NCBI GenBank assembly: GCA_964511375.1
Contig: CAZEEW010000007.1
Coordinates: 1-61,486 of the forward strand
Length of the DNA: 61,486 nucleotides
Source of the DNA: an uncultured Gammaproteobacteria bacterium
GTDB lineage: Bacteria > Patescibacteriota > Patescibacteriia > Magasanikbacterales > GWA2-37-8
Direction of reading: 5' to 3'
Shown here piece by piece: positions 55,411 to 61,486 of this stretch (its first letter is position 1; each line of letters opens with the position of its first letter). The position numbers and the translations under genes were made by a program. The notes under the pieces are model-generated. The model saw only the letters and a list, made by a program, of their open reading frames with translations, made no database searches and was not told where the DNA came from.

Positions 55411-58386
55411 TTATATTTGACTTCTTATTGAGATTTGATATTTCTTTTTTCTTTTTGCGAACGCAGGTTCGCCACCCTCAAGTATGTTACAAACTTGTTC
55501 GATTATTCCATCCTCAAATTTTTCAACTTCCACATCAGGAATTTTTCTTGCTTGATCCTCAAGAGAGCCAGAGCAATATTCGAGTTTTGGTGTTCGTTTG
55601 CCATTATAGTTTGCGACAACTATCTGTTCTGCGTCAGTGTTTACAACAAGGTTGGGGTTGTGTGTAACCATTATAATCTGTCTGTATTGTTTCCTGTCTC
55701 TAAAATACTCAATTAAATCCCTGTACACAGAAAGATTATCAAGATTTTCTTCAGGTTGATCGATAATTAATGGTCTGTAATCAGCCTCGTCAATTTTTAG
55801 ATATAAAATTAAAAGGATAATCCCTTTTTGCCCGGGTGATAGCAAATATAGATCAGTGTCGTCAAATTTAAGTGAGGAAATAATCTCAAAGTAGGTAGGG
55901 TCAAAAAGCCAATTAAAGAAATCCTCAAGATTATGGTTTTCTCTTAATTGATCCTCAATAAGAATCTCTTTCTCCTCGAATATTGAAAAATTATCCAAGG
56001 TCGCTTTTAATTTTGTCTCCAGAATAGATAAATCAAATTCATGTCTTATGAACTCATCCGAATGTTCACTAAGAACCTTTTTTAAGCTGTCAATTTCTCT
56101 GAAATTTCCTTTGCGTGATCTGTCGATAATATCAAGACCTGCTTTGTTTTGAAGCTCGAGTCGATAATTAATCTGTGCTTCAAAAACCAATTTTTTATCA
56201 GTATCTGTTCCTGCCAAAAGTGAATCTTGCAAAGGTTTATATAACTCTTCCATTTTAGATTTTTCACTTTTAAGCAACTCAAAATAAGCACTATAAGTCT
56301 CAAAGCGTTCTTTTTCTAAGCGTTCTTTTTCCGGAGTCGACTCTAATTTTATACGAGCAATTTCTCCATCGATTGCTTTAATAGAGCTCTCTACGGTTAG
56401 GATGGTTTTCTTTTGTTGTTGGTATTTTAATTTTGTGGTTTCAAAAGCCCTTGTTTCTTTTTGCTTATCTTCTATGCCTTTATTTAATTCCTGTAAATTA
56501 ATAAAAGGTAATTCGGATTCTTCGATAGATAGTAATATCGCAACCTCTTTCTTTTCTCCTTGCCTGATCGTTTTAAGCTGTTCGGCAATTGCATTTTTTT
56601 CCGCATCAAGAGCCTTTTTGATAGCATCCTCATCAAAGGTGACATCAAATACGCTTGATTCCGATATATCTAAACCAGTAAGCAAAACACCAATTTCATC
56701 CTTAAATTCTTTAATTTTAGATTTAAAAATTTTAACTTTAGTTTCAACATCATTAATCTTATTTAGCTTGCCCTGAAGTTCTACTATTTTCGTCTCAAAC
56801 TTTTTCTTTACTTCGGATAGCTTGGCAAGTTCTTCTTGACCCTTTTTGTCCTCGGCTGGCAATTCTGGCAAGCTCTTATTTAATCGTTCGAGTTCAGCCT
56901 TCTTTTCTCCGAGCTGTTTTTCTTTCTCTGGTAAATTTCTAAGTATTGATACAAGGTCACCAATTTTGTGATTAATTTCGTGAATTTTTTCTACAACCTG
57001 TTCTTTTTCATATTTAAAACCACTAAGTATCCGGGTTCTTAATTCGTCAAAATCAGATGCTCCCATCCTTTCCGTATCGTCAAGTTTTTGAAAAATAACA
57101 TTTTCAATCTGCTTCTGTAATTTTTCACTATTACGATGAGAACAAAGATCTTCAACCGCTCCCTGTGGTAAATACTGGACAAGTCCCTGATCCTCTGTAA
57201 GCTTACCAACTTCAAATTCTGTCAGTGATCCGTCTACCCAGTCAATTTTAATTTTAGTTCCAGCTATGGAATTTTTATGTTTTGAGGCTTTCTTTAAAAA
57301 TGCATCCTCGCTGTTATCTTTACTGCCTGCTCCATAAGCTATTGCTTCAGCTAAGGCTGATTTACCTGATCCACGCCCTCCAATAACCGTGATTAAGTCA
57401 CGATTTAATTCCAACTCAAAGTTATCAGCAAACCATCTATTAGATTGAGGAATTGATATCTTTTTTATTACCTTGTGGTCGGGCTTAAGATTGGGAGGGG
57501 TATCGCCTATAAAAACTCTAGCATCGGGTTCGTTGAGTACTTGCTTGAGACCTGCGAATGTCGGATCAGCCTTAACCCAAAGCATCGATTGACCGACACG
57601 GTCGAGTTTGTGTGCGTCAGAGGAATGCAAAACAATATTATTTAATTTATTTGTTTCTAAGTCCTGACGGTTTTCGCTTATTTTGGATGGATCATCAAGA
57701 GAAGTAAGACAAAAATTTGCAGAATTTATCAAATCTCTTTTTTCAACAGCTGATTGATCCCATCGCGAATGATCCCATTCGGAATAACCTATTGCAGTTA
57801 CAAATTTTCCGGTAAAACAATTTTTATTTAATAATCCATAGATTGCATCTCGGTCATAGGTAATATTATCAAACCCTACCTCAAGGTCTGTCTTACTGTG
57901 TACGGTATTTCCTGTTGGAGCCGCCGCTTTAATTTGCTTACCAAGATCTTCCAAGGATCGTCTTGTCGGGGTTTGTTCCCATTTAGTGTTATCTTCTATT
58001 TTGTATCCACTTGAAAGACAATTTAAAAGCTGATCTCGAATATCTTGTATGCTAACACTAGGATCAAATAATACATGAAAATTGTGTCTGCGCGTATTAT
58101 TAGCTGTTCCGCTAAAAGTGTTTAGTCTAAACTCTATATTTGGAATTAATAATTCAATGTTTGAAAATTCACTCCTTCTTGTAAGTAGATATTCATACCC
58201 ATCACAAAATAAATAATCGGTGACTGCGATTACCTTTACTTCGGGAGGCAATGACGCTATTTTTAATATAAACGCATCCCAGACAGCCTTTGTGTCTCCG
58301 CCGTATTCTTGGATTATAGATTTTGGAGTGTGAACATGGAGGTCCCACTTTCGCCACTCTGATCCTTTTGGGTATGGATTACTCAT
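55411..58386 (-). CDS. PHP-domain phosphoesterase fused to a Rad50/SbcC-like ABC ATPase with inserted coiled coil
   Basis: PHP motifs WDLHVHTP, HNFHVLF and HSSDAH in aa 1-~290. Walker A GGRGSGKS (57358-57381). An E/K-rich coiled coil spans ~aa 440-800. Signature-like LSPGQKG, Walker B LIIDQPEE (55747-55770) and H-loop MVTHN follow. Confidence 0.75.
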   Translation of the reverse strand: MSNPYPKGSEWRKWDLHVHTPKSIIQEYGGDTKAVWDAFILKIASLPPEVKVIAVTDYLFCDGYEYLLTRRSEFSNIELLIPNIEFRLNTFSGTANNTRRHNFHVLFDPSVSIQDIRDQLLNCLSSGYKIEDNTKWEQTPTRRSLEDLGKQIKAAAPTGNTVHSKTDLEVGFDNITYDRDAIYGLLNKNCFTGKFVTAIGYSEWDHSRWDQSAVEKRDLINSANFCLTSLDDPSKISENRQDLETNKLNNIVLHSSDAHKLDRVGQSMLWVKADPTFAGLKQVLNEPDARVFIGDTPPNLKPDHKVIKKISIPQSNRWFADNFELELNRDLITVIGGRGSGKSALAEAIAYGAGSKDNSEDAFLKKASKHKNSIAGTKIKIDWVDGSLTEFEVGKLTEDQGLVQYLPQGAVEDLCSHRNSEKLQKQIENVIFQKLDDTERMGASDFDELRTRILSGFKYEKEQVVEKIHEINHKIGDLVSILRNLPEKEKQLGEKKAELERLNKSLPELPAEDKKGQEELAKLSEVKKKFETKIVELQGKLNKINDVETKVKIFKSKIKEFKDEIGVLLTGLDISESSVFDVTFDEDAIKKALDAEKNAIAEQLKTIRQGEKKEVAILLSIEESELPFINLQELNKGIEDKQKETRAFETTKLKYQQQKKTILTVESSIKAIDGEIARIKLESTPEKERLEKERFETYSAYFELLKSEKSKMEELYKPLQDSLLAGTDTDKKLVFEAQINYRLELQNKAGLDIIDRSRKGNFREIDSLKKVLSEHSDEFIRHEFDLSILETKLKATLDNFSIFEEKEILIEDQLRENHNLEDFFNWLFDPTYFEIISSLKFDDTDLYLLSPGQKGIILLILYLKIDEADYRPLIIDQPEENLDNLSVYRDLIEYFRDRKQYRQIIMVTHNPNLVVNTDAEQIVVANYNGKRTPKLEYCSGSLEDQARKIPDVEVEKFEDGIIEQVCNILEGGEPAFAKRKKKYQISIRSQI

Positions 58387-58391
58387 ATATT

Positions 58392-61300
58392 TTATTCGTT
58401 ACCCCAATCCTTGCACAAGACTTCGGCTTGCTCTAAAACAGTCTTTGTGGCTTGTTCTTGTTTATCTGGCGGATAACCGTATTTATTTAGTAATTTCTTA
58501 ACATAGACACGAAGCTTGGCTCGAACCTGCTCTTTTAGCGTCCAGTCAATCGTGGTATTTTTGCGTAACATAGCAACCAATTCCTGAGCAATCTTTTTGA
58601 GAGTATCGTCTCCAATTTCCATAATCGCACTGTCGTTCTCACAAAGAGCATCGTAAAAAGCAATCTCGTCCTCTGTAAGATTTAATTCATTACCTCGTTC
58701 TTTTTCTTCCCGAATCTTTTTTGCCAACTCTACTAATTCAGCAATCACTTGAGCCGCCTCAATGGTTTGGTTTTGGTATTTTTTAATTGTCTCCTCAAGC
58801 ATCTTCACGAATGATCGAGATTTGACCAAATATTTCCTCTGCATTGTTCGAATCTCGTCATTCAAAAGTTTCTTCAATAATTCAAGAGCAATATTTTTGT
58901 GCTCAAGATTACGAACCTCTTCCAAGAATTCATCAGACAAGACTGCGATATTGGGAGATTTTAATCCGGCCGCATCAAAGACATTGACGACCTCATCAGA
59001 AACAACAGCATTGGATACAATCTGTTTGATTGCCTGATCATAGTCTTCCTCTGTCGGTCCGCCTTGGCCACCATTTTGATCAAATTTGCGGATAACAGCA
59101 CTGACGGCCTGAAAGAACGCCACATCATCCCTGATTTGCAGTGATTCATCGCTAGGAACAGCCAATGAGAAAGCATGAGATAATTCAGTAACAGCTTTAA
59201 GATATCGTTCTTTGCCCTTATCGAGACTCAAGACATAATCCATTGCACCAGAAATGACTCTTGTCTTTTCTGAAGCTTTGGATGAGAAATAAGCTGAATA
59301 ATCAAATTGATGATACAAAGCTTTGACGATCTCATATTTTTCCAACATGACTGAAACTGCTTCCTCCTGCGGAATAGTAGGAGTTTCCTTGTCGTTATCA
59401 GCATAATAAGAAAGGGCTTCTTTGAGGGAGGGAGCAATACCAAGATAGTCCACGATCAGACCGCCTTGCTTGTCTTTATAAATACGATTCACACGAGCGA
59501 TAGCCTGCATAAGTCCATGACCCTGCATTGGCTTATCGATATACATCGTATGTAGGATGGGCACATCAAAGCCGGTAAGCCACATATCACGGACGATCAC
59601 AAACTTGAGATCGTTCTTCGGATCTTTCATTCTTTTAGCAATAAGCTCTCGTTCGTCTTTAGTGTGGATGTGTTTTTGGAAATTTGCCGGATCACTGGCA
59701 GAGCCGGTCATCACAACTTTTATAAAACCTTTATTGATATCATCGCTGTGCCATTGTGGGCGAAGTTTGATAATTTCATCATACAGCTCAACCGCAATTC
59801 TTCGGCTCATAGATACAAACATACCTTTGCCCTCCATTGCGTCACGGCGAGCTTCAAAGTGATCAACTACATCTTTGGCGATCAGCTTGATGCGTTTATC
59901 AGAACCAACCATTGCTTCCAGCCGAGCCCATTTGCTTTTTAGCTTTTCTTTTTTCGCAACTTCTTCGCCCTCAGTCAATTCTTCAAACTCAGTATCAATG
60001 TGTGGCTTTTCCGATTCGGACAACTGGATTTTTGCCAAGCGTGCTTCGTAATAAATTGGAACAGTGGCATGATCCTCAACCGCACGAGAAATATCATAGA
60101 CATCAACATATTCTCCAAAGACTGCTCTGGTATTCTTATCGGATAATTCAATGGGAGTACCAGTAAAGCCGATAAAGGATGCACTTGGCAAAGCATCGTG
60201 CATATGACGAGCAAAGCCATCAATAAAATCATATTGACTTCGATGGGCTTCATCGGCAATCACGACAATGTTGCGTCTGTCGGACAATAGCGGATGTTTT
60301 TCGTCTTTATTTTCTGGGAGGAATTTTTGAATGGTGGTAAATATAACACCGCCGGAAGCAACACTTAATAATTTCTTAAGATCAGCTCGGTCTTGTGCCT
60401 GTGTGGGAGTTTGGCGAAGTAATTCATGACAGTTAGAGAACACGCCAAACAACTGATCATCAAGATCATTGCGGTCTGTAAGAATGACGAGCGTAGGGTT
60501 ATCTAATACCTGAATAATTTTGCCAGCATAAAATACCATTGTCAGAGATTTGCCAGAACCTTGAGTATGCCAAACAACGCCAGCCCTGCGGTCGCCTTTT
60601 TCTGAAGTGGCATCGATAGTTTTGACTATTGCTTTATTGGTAGCGTGATATTGGTGATAAGCTGCGAGTTTTTTAATTGTGGTTTCTCCGTCAGTTTCAA
60701 AGACGATAAAATTCTTTGCGATATCCAATAGATGGTTTTTGGTAAATACTCCCTTGATCAAAATTTCCATCTCCGGAATAGAAGCCGGAGCAACAGTTTC
60801 TCCGTCTATGGTTCGCCATTTCATAAAGCGTTCCATATTTGCCGTAAGCGAGCCGATGCGACTATCAATGCCATCACTGATTATACAAAGGGCATTATAA
60901 GTAAAAAGAGAAGGGATGTCTGACTTATAAGTTTGAATCTGATTGAAAGCATTTTTGACTGTGGCGTTAATATCGGCTGGATTTTTTAATTCAAACACAG
61001 CCAAGGGCAAGCCGTTAATAAAAATAACGACATCTGGACGGCGGTTGTGGTTATTTTCAATGACAGTATATTGATTGACCGCCAACCAGTCGTTATTTGA
61101 TAAATTCTTATGATCTACAAGATACACTTTGTCGCCGGCAATAGAGCCGTCATCACGGCGATACTCAACATCAACACCTTCGGCCAGCATTCTATGAAAA
61201 GCGTGATTTGTTTCCAAAAGACTCGGATTAGAATAAGCAACATTAATAACTTTTTTAATAGCATCCTCTTGGGCGTCTCGTGGAATATCGGGATTGATTG

Positions 61301-61475
61301 CTGAAACAGCGGATCGTAATCTGCCGATCAAAACAATATCTTTATACGACTCACGCTCTGGCGATTCACCATCAGGAGCAATGTTCGGTCCAAAGACAAT
61401 TCCAAAACCCAGCTCCTCAAGCCATTCGAGGGTTGCGTTTTCCAAATCTGATTCTGTGTATTTGTAGTTAGTCAT
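58392..61475 (-). CDS. hsdR: type I restriction enzyme R subunit
   Basis: 1027 aa. N-terminal PD-(D/E)XK region [19 protein letters not shown] and SF2 helicase motifs ([17 protein letters not shown]) are present. Confidence 0.9.
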   Translation of the reverse strand: MTNYKYTESDLENATLEWLEELGFGIVFGPNIAPDGESPERESYKDIVLIGRLRSAVSAINPDIPRDAQEDAIKKVINVAYSNPSLLETNHAFHRMLAEGVDVEYRRDDGSIAGDKVYLVDHKNLSNNDWLAVNQYTVIENNHNRRPDVVIFINGLPLAVFELKNPADINATVKNAFNQIQTYKSDIPSLFTYNALCIISDGIDSRIGSLTANMERFMKWRTIDGETVAPASIPEMEILIKGVFTKNHLLDIAKNFIVFETDGETTIKKLAAYHQYHATNKAIVKTIDATSEKGDRRAGVVWHTQGSGKSLTMVFYAGKIIQVLDNPTLVILTDRNDLDDQLFGVFSNCHELLRQTPTQAQDRADLKKLLSVASGGVIFTTIQKFLPENKDEKHPLLSDRRNIVVIADEAHRSQYDFIDGFARHMHDALPSASFIGFTGTPIELSDKNTRAVFGEYVDVYDISRAVEDHATVPIYYEARLAKIQLSESEKPHIDTEFEELTEGEEVAKKEKLKSKWARLEAMVGSDKRIKLIAKDVVDHFEARRDAMEGKGMFVSMSRRIAVELYDEIIKLRPQWHSDDINKGFIKVVMTGSASDPANFQKHIHTKDERELIAKRMKDPKNDLKFVIVRDMWLTGFDVPILHTMYIDKPMQGHGLMQAIARVNRIYKDKQGGLIVDYLGIAPSLKEALSYYADNDKETPTIPQEEAVSVMLEKYEIVKALYHQFDYSAYFSSKASEKTRVISGAMDYVLSLDKGKERYLKAVTELSHAFSLAVPSDESLQIRDDVAFFQAVSAVIRKFDQNGGQGGPTEEDYDQAIKQIVSNAVVSDEVVNVFDAAGLKSPNIAVLSDEFLEEVRNLEHKNIALELLKKLLNDEIRTMQRKYLVKSRSFVKMLEETIKKYQNQTIEAAQVIAELVELAKKIREEKERGNELNLTEDEIAFYDALCENDSAIMEIGDDTLKKIAQELVAMLRKNTTIDWTLKEQVRAKLRVYVKKLLNKYGYPPDKQEQATKTVLEQAEVLCKDWGNE

Positions 61476-61486
61476 AATTATTTTGA

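Larger units (their letters stand above)
50230..61486. mobile_element. integrated element / defence island adjacent to tRNA-Ser (right end beyond window)
   Basis: Starts at the tRNA 3' end. It carries a serine recombinase, a CI/Cro switch, a Rep-like gene with iterons, a type I restriction R subunit and nuclease/ATPase genes. Confidence 0.6.

Overview
Low-GC, tightly packed bacterial window. The gene content and style suggest a Candidate Phyla Radiation/Patescibacteria-like genome, but this is inference only. The cues are a split ComEC, a short YidC, mostly Shine-Dalgarno-less starts, TGn-extended -10 promoters, a giant Cys-rich envelope protein and a PrgI/VirB4-type module. Region 1-30 kb is mostly housekeeping: hup, rny, truB, infB, trxA, gdh, leuS, comEC, nusA, yidC, groES/EL with a CIRCE operator, prfB, tsaC, fic and rsmA. 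The stand-out there is a Nudix domain inserted inside LeuRS. Region 30-50 kb is an accessory envelope locus. It holds an 8.3-kb gene for a ~2780-aa Cys-rich secreted protein, a ~0.5-kb unameliorated high-GC lipoprotein cassette, and a nine-gene operon whose recognisable members are VirB6-, PrgI(VirB3)- and VirB4-like and which ends in comF. At 50.1 kb a tRNA-Ser(GCU) marks the edge of an integrated element that runs past the window end. The element has a large serine recombinase whose ORF reads antisense through the tRNA, a CI/Cro-type switch with TTAAGCA-N4-TGCTTAA operators, and a Rep-like HTH gene with internal iterons. It also carries a tightly coupled minus-strand operon: hsdR, a PHP/coiled-coil ABC ATPase, a Cas4-like PD-(D/E)XK nuclease and an untracked 58-aa hyperacidic peptide. 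That operon is my best candidate for an undescribed defence module. No rRNA gene or CRISPR array was seen. All domain calls come from motif recognition by eye; no searches were run.
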